A stretch of 64,000 nt of DNA from Antedon mediterranea (Eukaryota > Animalia > Echinodermata): assembly GCF_964355755.1 (NCBI RefSeq), contig NC_092671.1, positions 18,600,001 to 18,664,000 of the forward strand. The letters run 5' to 3'. This document shows positions 1 to 13,478 of the stretch, piece by piece (positions within the stretch are counted from its first letter, which is position 1; the number at the start of each line of letters is the position of its first letter). The position numbers and the translations under genes are program-made. The notes below the pieces were generated by a model. It did not search any database, was not told the origin of the DNA, and saw only the letters and a program-made list of their open reading frames with translations.

Positions 1-350
1 TTTATGGTCACTATTCTAGCGTCAGTTTAACGTCAAATAAAAGTTGTTAAGCCAACGTCAGCAATTGTCAACAACATTACATTGACTTGTTCCACGTCAT
101 GCAGACGTTGGCTTATAGTTGTATACGTTAAGTCTGATATCAAACGTCGTGCCAACGCTTGAAATTGACGCAAAATACAATCATTTATGGTCACTATTCT
201 AGCGTCAGTTTAACGTCAAATAAAAGTTTGTTAAGCCAACGTCAGCAATTGTCAACGACATTACATTGACTTGTTTCACATTGACTTTATAGTAACAATT
301 GTATTACTGGTTAAGTCGGATTTTAAACGTCGTACCAACGCTTAGATATT
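1..350. repeat. Tandem repeat (~183-bp period), probable left subterminal array of the EnSpm element
   Basis: TTTATGGTCACTATTCTAGCGTCAG starts at 1 and 184; shares AAAGTTGTTAAGCCAAC with the right array near 16130. Confidence 0.8.
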
Positions 351-1669
351 ACAAACATATCGTGTTTATTCCAAACTTGATAGAGTAACTGATTGACAAC
401 TTACTAAATAATACAATACCCCACATAGAAAAGTTGATTCAAACAAAATGCAATATTATGTTTTGATATGGATATTAAAGAAAAGTAGGCATATATTCTT
501 CTTTAGATTGTTTCTAAATATTTTTGAACATTAATTAGGACATCTAACTTTATATATTAAGAGAATGTCTGTACACTTATCGTTTGAATGCAGCTATTGA
601 AATGGAATGATTGATTTAATGATGGTCATCCTAATTATGGTTCCATTTAAAATAAATGGCGCCCCCATTCAAGAAACTGAATGTAATCAAAGATCTTATA
701 AAATTAATGAAAATACAAAATCTACAATTTACAAGGAACCAATTATTGGTATTAAAAGATAAATATTGAAATATGTACTTGGCTATTTTTCTAAACGGAA
801 AAATGCAACCATACCACCATACATCATAAATGCAAAATAAAGAAAAACGATTAAGTTCATTCCACTGATAATACGTTTAATTGCATTTTCATTTCAACAG
901 CCTAACATTAAATTTATTTAAAAACATTTGTCAAGATAGATATTGGGAATACACCTCCATTTTTTCGCAATATAAGAGAAGCTAATAACGAATTGACAAA
1001 TGGTCAAACAATAAACGGTCTCAGAAAACGATGTTATAACGTTCATGATCTGTAATGTTCGCTGATATTATAAAAACTAAAAAGTAGGCATAGGTTAAGT
1101 TTAATTCGTAGTAAGATATATGTGTGTATTATATTATATACTCCAAAGTAACTAAATTCTACAGAGGCTTCAAATTTAATTTATGTAAAAATAAAAATTG
1201 TACATGAATGTTAATGAACTATTTGGGCTTATAAACTTATGTTATGTTATGTTCTAAATTACCGAACGTAAAACAAAAAATGATGAGATACAAAAATGTG
1301 GATAAAGAAAGAAATAATGCGCAAGACATAAAATTAAAATAATACATTATTATGTAAGCAGTGTATAAATTGTTGAACAAAGTATTAATATAGTTCATAT
1401 GTTATATATTATTTGTCTTGTTAAATAAATTTGTAAGGCCCTATACTGTTATTCTTTAAGGAAAGTTGATATACCCTATTATTTTATGCCAATTAATAGT
1501 ATTAATATTGTTTAAGTAAATATTTTGTCTAATTGCCTTGATTTTGTGTATAGGCCAATGGCATCAAATTTGTCTCAAAGCAAATTAAAGACACTTTTAG
1601 ACACATGATTCATTGATTTCTGATATAATATTCTGTACTTGTGTATGCATTACTAAAATAGTTATATTA

Positions 1670-3115
1670 TGTTTCATTTATAATGTATGTAAACATTTAT
1701 TCATTTTTTTAAAACAAATCGGTGCACTTTTTCTGTTGTTTTTGTTTAATTAATTTTAATTAAAATTATGACAACAATTCCTATCTAACCTAGATTCACA
1801 CAAAAACAATTACTTCCTAATAAAATTGTATAATGGTATACATTACAGAGCATTGAATAAACTCGAGCGGAATATTAACGCACATAAAAAAACATTCATT
1901 TTCTTGTCGAAAAGTGCCCTCTCTAGTTTTCTATTGATTTAATAATTATTAATAATTAATTAATGGGTAATATTAAAATATTTTTAACTTTTAATGTTAG
2001 AAGTTGGTTCTACTCCTAACAAAGTTTCATATCTCCAAATTTCAACAAGGTAGACAAAGCACTTCAATAAATATCACATTTAACATCACAAATTAGGGTT
2101 ATGGATTGAATTTTTGCTAATAATTTTCGATAAAAAATACTTTTCGTATTTAAAAACATTTGATACTTGGTGTGAATATTCAATATAAGTTGCTCTATCC
2201 ATATTGCTAAAGAAAAATAAATATCAAACCATAATTCACTGATTGTTGTGATTTACGTTTTTACAAAATTTACACTTATGAACGACCATACAATTCCAAC
2301 TCATTTTTTCAACCTAATAACGATTTAAAAAAAAAAAACCAACAGAAAAGGGTTATGAAAGCAATTTTCTGTGAATAGAGCAACCTATATTGAACATATA
2401 AAACGAGTTTCAACTGTTTTTAAATACGAAAAGTATTTTTTATCGACGTTTTTTATATATGTTTTTAGGCAAAAATTCCTTCAATAACCCTAATTTGTGA
2501 TGTTAAATATGATATTTATTGAAGTAATTAGACAACGTTGTTGAAATTTGGAGATATGAAATTTTGTTAGGAGTAGATCCAACTTCCTACATTAAATGTT
2601 AAAAACATGTTAACCTTACCCATTAATTAATTATAAATAATTAATAAATCAATAGAAAACTAGAGAGGGCACTTTTCGATAAGAAAATGATTATGTTTTT
2701 TATGTACGTTATTATTCCGCTCGAGTTTATTCAACATACTGTATTGTATACTACAGTAATATACTATTTTATTGGAAAGTAAATATTTTTGTGTGAATCT
2801 TCTTGGAGTTCTTTGAAAGAGTATCCGCTTATACTTCTTTTCTTCAGATTCAACATCTGATTTAGGTCTTAAATGTGCACACACACTTCCTGAACCAACA
2901 TAGTACATTGAAAGTCAAATGAATTGTTTTAACTTTTTTTATTGAAAACAATCTGACTCAAAACATATTATCAGTGACAATAATAGAAAGGTTAGATAGG
3001 TTTGTTGTAATAATTTTTAATTAAAATTAATTAAACAAAAAACAACAGAAAAGTGCACTTTTTTGTTTTAAAAAATGTAAAAAAATGAATAAATATTTAC
3101 TTACATTATAAATGT
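1670..3115. repeat. Diverged foldback / long inverted repeat (MITE-like)
   Basis: ~1670-2200 is the reverse complement of ~2370-3115 (AAAAGTGCCCTCTCTAGTTTTCTATTGATTT vs AAATCAATAGAAAACTAGAGAGGGCACTTTT), with a ~190-bp insert in the right arm; 3121-3213 re-duplicates ~2674-2778. Confidence 0.8.
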
Positions 3116-4453
3116 AAACATTTCGATAAGAAAATGATTATGTTTTTTATGTACGGTATTATTCCGCCCGAGTTTATTCAACATACTGTATTATTATACT
3201 ATTTTATTGGGAATACATTAATTTACACATTCATAGAAATATATGGTTCATACTTTTTTAACATAAATATTTAGCCATTTACTTTGATCGATACATTTAT
3301 AATTTATACCGATAATAGTACACCTATTATTGTATAGCATTACCATGTTTTCACCCATATTAATAATTCTGCATTTTCAATTCAATAATCAATTTCATTT
3401 ATTTATTTCAACACACATTTAAATCGGTGATTGACAGCAAAATAAATAAACAACAGGCGCGTATCTTAATACATGTATACTATTTGTAAATATTATAAAC
3501 AAAAAACATATATATAGAAAATGAAATGAAGTACATTTAAACCATTTTGAGCATATTTTCACTTATTATTAGGCCTATGTCAAAAACCGAAATTGAAAAT
3601 GATAAAAAAAAAAGCTGAATGAAAAAATATTTAGGCCTACACATGTTGCGGGGATATATTAAAAAATGATTTCGTAATTGGTACTTCTCTTTAAAATGTA
3701 CTAATTTCACTATTTATTTTGTTTGGATTTTGAAATTATTAAATACGAATTATACTACTTTTATCCATATGTACTGTACGATATTTGTACTAAATCATTT
3801 CTCCAAATAAACATTGTGTTTAAAAACTTAAATTGCTCTCTGTTTGCGCTGTATGCAACATTACATATACGCATTGGCTCCGGTTGGGGAGGAGGGGGAA
3901 TTACCAACCTGACGTTTATTACAATATCGGAGCAACAGATACTGTAATGCGTAAGTTCAACAAAAGATGCGCGTAGGCCTACACAGTGTTTGTGCGAAAT
4001 GTGTGTTTCATTAAAAATGCGAGACCCGTGACGTGTTAAAACTCTGTGAGCTGATATTATAGTTTGACAATAGGGAATGGTGTGTGGGGTGCTACAGTCC
4101 GCAGTAAATTGGAGGGATACGTGGGACTATGGGCAGTAGCGAATTAAAAGTTCACACCATATTAATTCTAAAAATAATTGATGAGATGCTCTTTAGTTTT
4201 CGTTTTAGCTATTAATATATTTCATTCAGCAGAACATTTTATTTAAATTACATTCGTATACCCCTTCAGTTAAGATACATAAAAAGTGTGTGCGGGTGGC
4301 CGTTTCGAAAACGCGGATGTTAAGTTTTGATGGATGTAACTGAACATATTTGGAGGTGCGAAAAAGTCTCCACGACATTGGCCCATCATGTTTTTTACTT
4401 CATTTCCAAATAAACATATAGTGTTTTAAGGATGAATGATAAAATAATTTGAT

Positions 4454-4721
4454 TTTTTTTTTATTTGATTTGAGTATTTAAAAACTTTAATTACTCTCTG
4501 TTTTTGCATACGCTGTTTTTGATACTTTATTCACATGCCGATGTAAATGTCCTTCAATCCTGTCGGTTGTTTACGAAAACCGAATGCCAATGCTTATATC
4601 GTAAACAACCGACAGGATTGAAGGACATTCGCATCGGCATGTGAATAAAGTATCAAAAACAGCGTATGCAAAAACAGAGAGTAATTAAAGTTTTTAAATA
4701 CTCAAATCAAATAAAAAAAAA
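4454..4721. repeat. Near-perfect palindrome, ~122-bp arms with a 22-nt loop
   Basis: Arms 4454-4576 and 4599-4721 are reverse complements with about 2 mismatches. Confidence 0.92.
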
Positions 4722-4885
4722 CTCCTACCAGCGTGCAAAAATGCATTACTGTAGGTATTCTTGGGAATGGGATATGTAACTAATTCCACGTGTAAATCGA
4801 GTCGACTTGACACGGATGCCCGGATGTACTCTCCTAAATGTTTTAAAAAAAAGCCAGAGACGATATATATATATATAAATCACTT

Positions 4886-4922
4886 GCACTGATGAAGGGC
4901 TAGTGTTGGCCGAAAGCTCTGC
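4886..4922 (+). ncRNA. Minimal type I hammerhead ribozyme (Penelope pLTR type)
   Basis: GCA-CTGATGA-AG-GGCTA-GTGT-TGGCC-GAAAGCTC-TGC: stem I GCA/TGC, both core boxes, stem II, palindromic AGCT stem III; preceded by (TA)n. Confidence 0.75.
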
Positions 4923-7580
4923 TAACTTTTCTGACTGTTTTACTTATCGTTTTGATTTAGCTTTCTCTTTTTTTTGTATCTCCATTGAGATCCAGCCACA
5001 GCATTGTCATTTTTTCAGTAATTTGCCTTTGGATTTATAAATCAATACATACTTTAATGTCCAATCATACTCAATTCATTCTATTGAATGTTTTAAGTAG
5101 AATTGGGCAATTGTAATAATTCATAATTATATTATTAGACCTATGTACAGAAAAATGAAAGAAATGTATCGGTTCAAATATATACAGCCCAAACAACACA
5201 TTTGAAATGTAACACAAACACACACACCCCAGACCCACTGTAGGTACAGAACATTCATTCTTAGCCGCCCGGTGATATAATTTAATTAACTAATTATTTT
5301 AAAACGATCATGTAATGAGGAAATCTGTGAGAATAAGAAAAATTTAGGAACCCTCGCTTGATATGCTGGTGCTTTCATAGTGTTTTTCAAATTCGACTGG
5401 GCATAATCAACAAACAAAAGCCCTAATGAGGTTTCGTAAAATAATACAGTGATATTTTATTTTACAAATACAATCAATTTTAGGATTTTCTTATACATAA
5501 TAGTTTGGTTCTTTATCAGTATTGGATAGTGTAATAAATGGTCATTAATATTATACATAGAAATTATTTATTTAATTATAAATAGAAAATTAGGCCATAT
5601 CAAATACCAGTGAACATCCGTTTAGCCCGTTTGAAATTCAATCAAACCTATTTGGTTAATAATAATTTAATGAGTTCAGAATGTATACCTTTTTATCCGC
5701 ATACGATATTTGACTATGTATTTATGTAAATTATTTGATATGTTTTCCAATAAACAATGTACTGATTTTTGTTTTAACACTTTGCAATGATGAATGATTA
5801 AAGGGTCTATTTTTTGTAATTGATTTGGATATTTGTAACTTTCCATAGCTCTCTGTTTTTTACTTTATTCACATGCCGATATGAATGTCCTGGAGTCCAA
5901 TCGGTCATTTACGAAAACAGAATACACTGTAATAAGCATGATTTGCATAGAATTCTCATAAAATCCTGTGTTTATATCTCAAAGGTCACTAAACAGTCCC
6001 AGAAGACAGATCATTCAAGGTTATGATATGAATGGTGAACTAGCAAATAGCTCAACATTTTGATTACAAAATGCTTAATTTAAACACAAAGGAGAATGTA
6101 CATAGGTATACAACTCCCTGGGTAGACATTCTGTGAACACCACTACTCGTAGATTTGAATGTATAGATAGATAAATAATATATAATGTGATGATCAATGA
6201 AGAATGATAATCTCATGTAAAATCGAAACCTTGCATTGAATTGACAATGATTTTTAATACAACAAATTCAATCAAGGTGCTTGATATAAATATTCTTTTA
6301 CATTTCACATTAACATTATACCGACGATAATGATGGTGTATAATTATATGTGACTTGGTGGAGACTCTTACCCCAACCCGGTTTATAAATTACAATTCCG
6401 TCTGCTGTATTGCTTATTGTTATTGGATATACTCTTGTTTTTAAACCGTAAATATTAAAAAAACGACGAACTCTTTCATGGTAAAGAAATAACCATCATC
6501 CATACAAAAAGATAGATCTCGCAGATTTTTCTTTGTTTAAAGGTTCATGTACAAAAATAAGGAAAAACTGGCATTTAGGGGTAATGTTGTATCAAAATAA
6601 TCTGATTTAAAGTGTACATTTGAACCATCTCAAGGATGTATGGTATGTGGATGTTGGTTGAGAATGAGAGGATGAGCTGAGGTGGGGTTGGTGGTTAGAT
6701 GGGGATTCAGAGATAATGAATCAAAATGAATTCTTCTGTGAAGGATTTAACCTGTGATTTCAATCATTGCAATCATGCATGGTCTCCATGAAGCAAATAA
6801 CTCCCACCCTGGGGCAGGTATTTGTATCTGCTACCTTCTAATAAATATAAGAAGTCTGACAGTTTAGCATACCAGATGATTTTAATGCATTTTTATTTTA
6901 TACTTTACTTTTAACTTTATTAAATTGTACAATCATTTTCATAAATCATAATAAATAAATAAGTCTATATGCAGACTTTTGTACTAGGTTCTCCCAACCA
7001 AAGGGCCAATAAATTTACCTGTCATGGACACTTGTTGTGTGCTATACCAATTAAGGGATTGTGACTTAAAGTAAGATGTCATCTTTTTTGTGGCACGCCT
7101 AATTGGCGACAGAAGCTGTGTTAGCCTCTTTTGTTGCTCCATGGCGCAAAATCTAGCTATTTTTTGTATTGTTATGTTTGTATAATTGTTTTTGCCGAAA
7201 TTAATAAAATAAAATATAATAATCTAAATTTCTTCTTAAAGATGATGAGTTATTTAAGTTTGATCAAAAACTAACTCATATATATCAAAGTTATGCGATG
7301 AGGTCATAATTGCTACACCCATTTTACAATCTTAGTTTGTGTACATTTTATCATCGAGTTGAACAACAACTAAAATACAACTGTATCACACATTCATCAA
7401 ACAATACTGTATAAGTAATAATAATCCCTTCTACATTGTAGTTGTGGGCCCTGTACTCTGCTAAAGTTACTTTAAATACACGTAATACATTTGACATATG
7501 CCTACAATCATGTACTGTACGTGTACTTGAACAAAGCATGTATTTGTGTTTATTCTGCATGTTGTCAACCCCGATATCTA

Positions 7581-7772
7581 CTCGCAGTTTCCGACTCGCA
7601 ACTCGCACTTTCCGACTCGCAACTCGCACTTTCCGACTAGCAACTCGCAGTTTCTGACCCGCAACTCGCACTTTCTGACTCACAATTCGCACTTTCCGAC
7701 CCGCAACTCGCACTTTCTGACTCGCAATTCGCACTTTCCGACTCGCAACTCACACTTTCCGACCCGCAACTC
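7581..7772. repeat. 21-bp minisatellite, about 9 copies
   Basis: Unit close to CTCGCAACTCGCACTTTCCGA; accounts for the repetitive ORFs at 7351-7776. Confidence 0.93.
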
Positions 7773-8675
7773 CTAATAGGAGTTATCGCGGGAAAAACGA
7801 ATACTGTAAGCCTATACTACAATGAATCATAATTTATCTGGACTCAAGAAAATTTGATTCTATTTTGTATCTATACATACTGCTCTTATTCCGTTCTCTC
7901 ATTCGGCTAGGATTTTTGTCAAACAGTTCGTTTAATCTTTAATCATCAGGGTCTATGTGTACTTGATGTAATACTTTTTTGTATGGAATCTCTGCCTCGA
8001 CCAAATGATGCTTTTTGTTTTTGTTTTTATTTTTATTATTATATTTTTGTTTATTAAATATACATATGTTGATGTTTGATTTTGGTAGAAATAAATGTTG
8101 AATTGAATGTTTGCGATATACTATGATATGACCGGATGCATATCTGATGCATATACAGTATATACACTTTTAGTACTGAGTGCCTATATTATTTGTACGT
8201 GTCATCTAGTTGATGAGCCTAGTACAGTATAATAATATATAGAATACAAATCCAACATTCTTCAAAATTCTATGATGTGGGTAACATGGGTACCTTACTG
8301 TCAAACTACTTTACATTGCATTCGTTTATCATGAACGGATTGTGATTGACTTTCCAGTCCGCGAATGTCCTTGCCTGTTGGAATTTGATTTACAAGCGTG
8401 ATTGATTTTGACGGTAGCTTACCATTGAAAAGACCAAAAAACATTCTAGCACACGCTGTCGTCCCTGTATCACGCTCAGAACTTGCTGCTCAAAAACTTT
8501 TTGTCATCGAAACTGTAGGCCTACTGAAATTTTATTTAAAAGTTCCTGATTGACCTTTTCTGTTTCATCAATTGTTCGACTTCTTCAAATACAGTGAGTA
8601 ATAATAGAACATTTGTATTATATTAATTTGAACAACATTTTACAATTATTAAAACAGTACTGTATTACTGTAACT

Positions 8676-11000
8676 ATGAATGTAAATAGTAAAATTTACT
8701 GTAAAAGAACTCTCCGCAATAGAGCCAAAAGAAGGGCTAATGAGATTGTAGGGCAAATTGGTAGGCCTAGGCCTAATGTGAATTTTGATACGGATAATGT
8801 AATTAGGCCTATTAATCCACGTTATTATAATGATGAACACGTTGACGACGGAAGTGTCAATATTACTCCGTCTCTACCTCCTTCTGATAATAGCCAAACT
8901 GACAATGTCACTACTAGTACTACTAGTCATGATGACCAGAGTGTTAGTAGTCTTAATAAAGCAAGTAGTAGTAGTGTTACTTCCAGTTGTAGCCTAACTA
9001 AAAATAGTCCCAAACGTTGTAGTAATATCAGCAGAATTGAAATTAGTAGCAGCAGTAGTAGCAGCAGTAGTATAAATGATATTGATCGTAGTAATAGTAG
9101 TACTAGTTCTACTATTATTAATACTACCACTACTACCAGTGGTGGGGGTAGTAGTAATTTTAGCCTATCTCATCCTCCTTATTTTTCAAGTAGTCCGGGC
9201 AATACTTCCTCTAGTTCTCTGTCCGATGATGAGGAAGACAACATTAATCCTTCAACTACGATAAGAAATGAACTCTGTAGATGGGCTATTGAGAGCCAAA
9301 CACCATCATGTCATGTTACTTCACTTCTTAATATTCTTAAAACTTGTGTACCAAATCTTCCAAAAGATGCACGAACATTAAAACATACCCTTACTTCATA
9401 CCGACTAGAGGACATTGCAGGAGGGACATACCATCATTTCGGAATTGCCAAAAATGTAATTTCTATTCTTTCTGTCGATGACAAGTTTTGTGGTATCACT
9501 AGTTTACGTCTACAAATCTTCGTTGATGGTTTACCACTTTTTAAAAGTAGTAATGTCCAATTTTGGCCAATACTTGGCCGACTGGAATTGTATGAAAGTA
9601 CTGGCCCCTTCATAATTGGGTTGTATGTTGGAACTTCTAAGCCAACAGATGCAAATGCATACCTAGATGAATTCGTTAGGGAAATGTTGAAAATTGAAAC
9701 TGAAGGGATTACTGTACATGACACAACATTTAATGTTACGATTTTAAACGTAATTTGTGACACCCCTGCCAGGTCATTTGTAAAGTGTACAAAAGCTCAC
9801 AATGGTTACTATGGCTGTGATAAATGTGTCCAAAGTGGTGAGTATAAAAATCACAGAATGACATTTCCTGAAATGAATGCGGAAATTAGAACTGATGACA
9901 TGTTCGATAAAAAGGTAACTGAGGATCATCACCATAAAGAAAGCTGCCTTCAAAAAATCAAAATAGGTATGGTTTCACAGTTCCCGTTAGATTATATGCA
10001 CTTGGTTTGTTTAGGTATAATGAAACGACTTTTACATACTTGGATGAAAGGTCCCTTGCAAACTAGATTAGGAAGGCGCATAGTTGATAATATATCTGAT
10101 TCAATTGTCTCATTTATTCCATATATGCCACGCGAATTAGCTCGAAAGGGCCGTTCGCTGTCAGAGGTGGATAGATGGAAAGCTACAGAGTTTCGAACTT
10201 TTCTTCTGTATTCTTCATTGATATCATTAAAGGATAATTTGTCTCAGGATATGTACTATCATTTTTTATTGTTCCATGTAGGAATAAGAATATTATGTAG
10301 TCCTTCAATGTGCATGAAGTACTGTAGCTATGCAGAACAAATTATTCGCTCTTTCGTACAACATTGCAAAGTGTTGTATGGGTCAGATATGCTGATATAT
10401 AATGTTCACGCTTTAATCCACTTAGCAAATGATGTAAGAAAATTTGGGCCATTGGATAATTTTTCATCATTCCCATATGAAAACTATCTTAAAAAAATTA
10501 AGAGAATGATAAAGAAACCACAGTTTCCTATTCAGCAAGTAATTCGCAGATTATCAGAGGAAGCAGAAATTAATAGGCCATTTCCAACGCAAAAACAGGT
10601 AAACCCATTTAAAAAGCAACATTTTTCAGGTCCTCTTCCACTTAATTTCCCCAGATGTTTACAATTCACAGAAATACACACTCAAGATGAGTACACGCTA
10701 TCAATCAAACAAGGTGATAATACCATTCTTGTTGGTGACGACTATTTTCAGGTCAAAAATATCCTTGTTGTTGATTCAGTTCCAACATTACTATGTGTAA
10801 AATTTAGAGAGCCGTCATCTTTTTTTCAATATCCTTTAGATTCACGGAAATTAAACATAGCATATGTTAAACGTTTAAAGCGCCACTTTTACCAGTTTTC
10901 AATTTCAGATATAAGAGCCAAGATCATATTACTACCGTACAAGGCTGGCTTTGTAACTGTTCCATTAATCCACACAGAACATAGAAATTTAGGATTATGA
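8676..11000 (+). CDS. EnSpm/CACTA (CMC) DDE transposase, intact single-exon ORF
   Basis: First ATG at 8676 in the 795-codon ORF. Motifs FVDGLP, ICDTPAR..HNGYYGCDKC, DYMHLVCLG, WKATEFR, YNVHALIH, SSFPYENYL; Ser/Thr-rich N-terminus. Confidence 0.9.
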   Translation: MNVNSKIYCKRTLRNRAKRRANEIVGQIGRPRPNVNFDTDNVIRPINPRYYNDEHVDDGSVNITPSLPPSDNSQTDNVTTSTTSHDDQSVSSLNKASSSSVTSSCSLTKNSPKRCSNISRIEISSSSSSSSSINDIDRSNSSTSSTIINTTTTTSGGGSSNFSLSHPPYFSSSPGNTSSSSLSDDEEDNINPSTTIRNELCRWAIESQTPSCHVTSLLNILKTCVPNLPKDARTLKHTLTSYRLEDIAGGTYHHFGIAKNVISILSVDDKFCGITSLRLQIFVDGLPLFKSSNVQFWPILGRLELYESTGPFIIGLYVGTSKPTDANAYLDEFVREMLKIETEGITVHDTTFNVTILNVICDTPARSFVKCTKAHNGYYGCDKCVQSGEYKNHRMTFPEMNAEIRTDDMFDKKVTEDHHHKESCLQKIKIGMVSQFPLDYMHLVCLGIMKRLLHTWMKGPLQTRLGRRIVDNISDSIVSFIPYMPRELARKGRSLSEVDRWKATEFRTFLLYSSLISLKDNLSQDMYYHFLLFHVGIRILCSPSMCMKYCSYAEQIIRSFVQHCKVLYGSDMLIYNVHALIHLANDVRKFGPLDNFSSFPYENYLKKIKRMIKKPQFPIQQVIRRLSEEAEINRPFPTQKQVNPFKKQHFSGPLPLNFPRCLQFTEIHTQDEYTLSIKQGDNTILVGDDYFQVKNILVVDSVPTLLCVKFREPSSFFQYPLDSRKLNIAYVKRLKRHFYQFSISDIRAKIILLPYKAGFVTVPLIHTEHRNLGL

Positions 11001-12697
11001 TCATGATTTTCATTATGAATTTGAGTCTCGGTTGGTAGGTCTACATTATTTTAAGGTGGACCTCTAAATAAATATGTTCGCATCTTGATGTATTTTTTAA
11101 TGCAAACAGGATGTTAATATTTCTTTGAACTAAACTAAAAATGCATAATAAAGGCATTCTACTCCAAATTTGTAAATTCATTGTAAGTGTTCATTTTTTA
11201 CTTAGTTTTCATTTTATATTTCATTTTATTACTCGATATAATTGTTGTTCACCTCTTGTGAGATAATTCTATTGTATGAATTTGTTCTACGTATTCAATT
11301 AGCAATATATTACTAATTTTCACAGAACATGGTGTTAAATTTGTATACATAATACAGAGAGGTTATTTAAACATTATGGAGAGTTCTTTTCATGGTATAG
11401 GCTATTATTTATCTTCATAGTTATTGTGTCTAAAAAAAACAACTAAATTAGTCAAACATTATTGCTAATACTGTATGTGTGACAGAACTTATGAATTGCT
11501 CTTTGTGGATTTGATGAATGCAGATGTATGCAGTAGTTGTTTTTAACAATTCAGAAGAAGTGGAAGCCGTCCCACTTTCTTGGGTTAGTGCAAGAAAAGA
11601 TAAATGCTGGTGGCCTAATTACCGGTCCATCCAGAAAGTAAAACGTGCAATAGAAATACAGGAGAAACCAACAGAACTGTGGCAGGAGTTTGAAATACGG
11701 GTCCTAGAAGAGACAGGTATATTTTAATGTTCTTATTAGGCCCATACTTAAAATATTGGTAAAGTGTTTAAATCGGATCAGTACTGGTCACCATAATTAG
11801 ACGAAAATAATCATCATATTAGTAATTAGTATAGTAATTGGTAGTATATGTCTTCTTTTGTATAGCTACATATGAGAGGGCAAGGCAAAAACTGAAGAAA
11901 GCTACAGAAACGTCAGACTTAGAAACCACAGACAGTGAGGTTGAAATGCCCAGAAAGAGAAGGTATAAGACTAAGTACTTCATATTACGAACTATTGTAC
12001 CCTTTCAGCAGCATTTTTCATTATTTGAAGGTTTTGATTGTTCATGTTATGTTAGATCTTATAATCAGCACGTCGTAACATCAGTACGAGCTTTTCCTTT
12101 AGTTAAATCAATTCATGTTTAGTTTGTGGATGAACTTCTGTTAATACTGTATGTAATGTTTTCTATGGATATTAAGGCCGAAATAAAGTTAAATGATTTA
12201 CAGTAATGAATGAATAAGCACATCAGCATGCAAGGTCCATAACAATTTGAGATCCCATACTTAATGTTTATGATACAGTATTTCTAATTATTTAATTCAT
12301 TTATATATTTGTTTAGTTTACCTGCCAGATTTTTTGAAAGCGATAAAGCTACAAGAACAAGCACGCCAGCCAAACAAAACTTGGGCCTACCTCCCGGCTT
12401 ACCTGCTCTTCCTAATTTTGAGCCTGAAAATGACAGCATTTCTACCACCCCACCACTCGATGAAAGCATGGATTCGTACGGTATGTTATGTTTCTAGTAC
12501 AGGGGAGGAGGGAATAGACAAATAGGCATATAGATACTGATAGATACAATAATAGGATCAAGGTTATATTGCACGTTATAATGTTACGTTTCATTTCTTT
12601 TTATAGCAAGTACGTCTTCACTTGAAACAAAAAGTAATGGTAAGAAATATTCAATTTTTCATCTATAATATTTCCATTTTCTCTCAATATGACACAC

Positions 12698-12898
12698 TTA
12701 GCTGTGGCTTGGTGGTTATGATGCTTGTCTACCAATCTAAGGGTCCTGGGTTCAAGCCCTGTCATATGTCAGGGTTTTTTTCTCATGACAATTTACAACT
12801 CCACTCCCAAAGACTTAATAATAAGTTCTTGTTTATGTAGAGCATCTTGTGTATATGTTTGTGCAATTTGCCTAAAATCAGAATAAATTAAAAAAAAA
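12698..12898 (+). mobile_element. tRNA-derived SINE
   Basis: A box TGGCTTGGTGG, B box GGTTCAAGCCC, 3' AATAAA plus A-tail. Confidence 0.65.
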
Positions 12899-13478
12899 TT
12901 AAATATAACGGAGGGAGACTTTTAGAATACTGTATAACTACAGCAAGCAAGTCATTATAGTGTTCATAGACGTAACTGTTGGGTTTTTGTTTTTGTCTGT
13001 TTCAATGTAACATTACTAATTATTACAACATTTGTTTAAACATAAATAATTTAAGTATTAAGAACGTTATTTCATATCAATAGATCATGAGATGTTTACG
13101 CTACTTGAAGAAATAAAGGGCCAGGTGCGGCAAAATTCCTTGTAGTTACAAGCAATTTTAAAAAGAGGTACCATGTCGGAGGAAGCCAGTGACACTAATG
13201 ATGTTTTTGATTTGCCGGCGGCTTCAATGGATGACATCCAGAATATTGAAGAAAGCCTTAAAGAAAAGGCAAATCAAAAGGCCCTAGTAGGTTTAATATT
13301 TTACTTAAAATAATAATAACAACGTTCTCAATTAATTAATCATTCTGCTTTACATAGGATGTATTCAAATATTTCAATTAATGTTAAACCAAATTGATTA
13401 ATGTATTGTTTGAAGGTTTGCATGGCGAAATCAAATTTGCGTTTTGTGCTTTGATCATCCTCATGAGTGAGAATGGGC

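Noticed and set aside
7351-7776. Repetitive ORFs (RVASRK / HFPTRNS repeats)
   Set aside because: By-products of the 21-bp minisatellite, open in several frames.
8927-9763. Antisense and alternative-frame ORFs over the transposase
   Set aside because: Shadows of the Ser/Thr low-complexity coding region.
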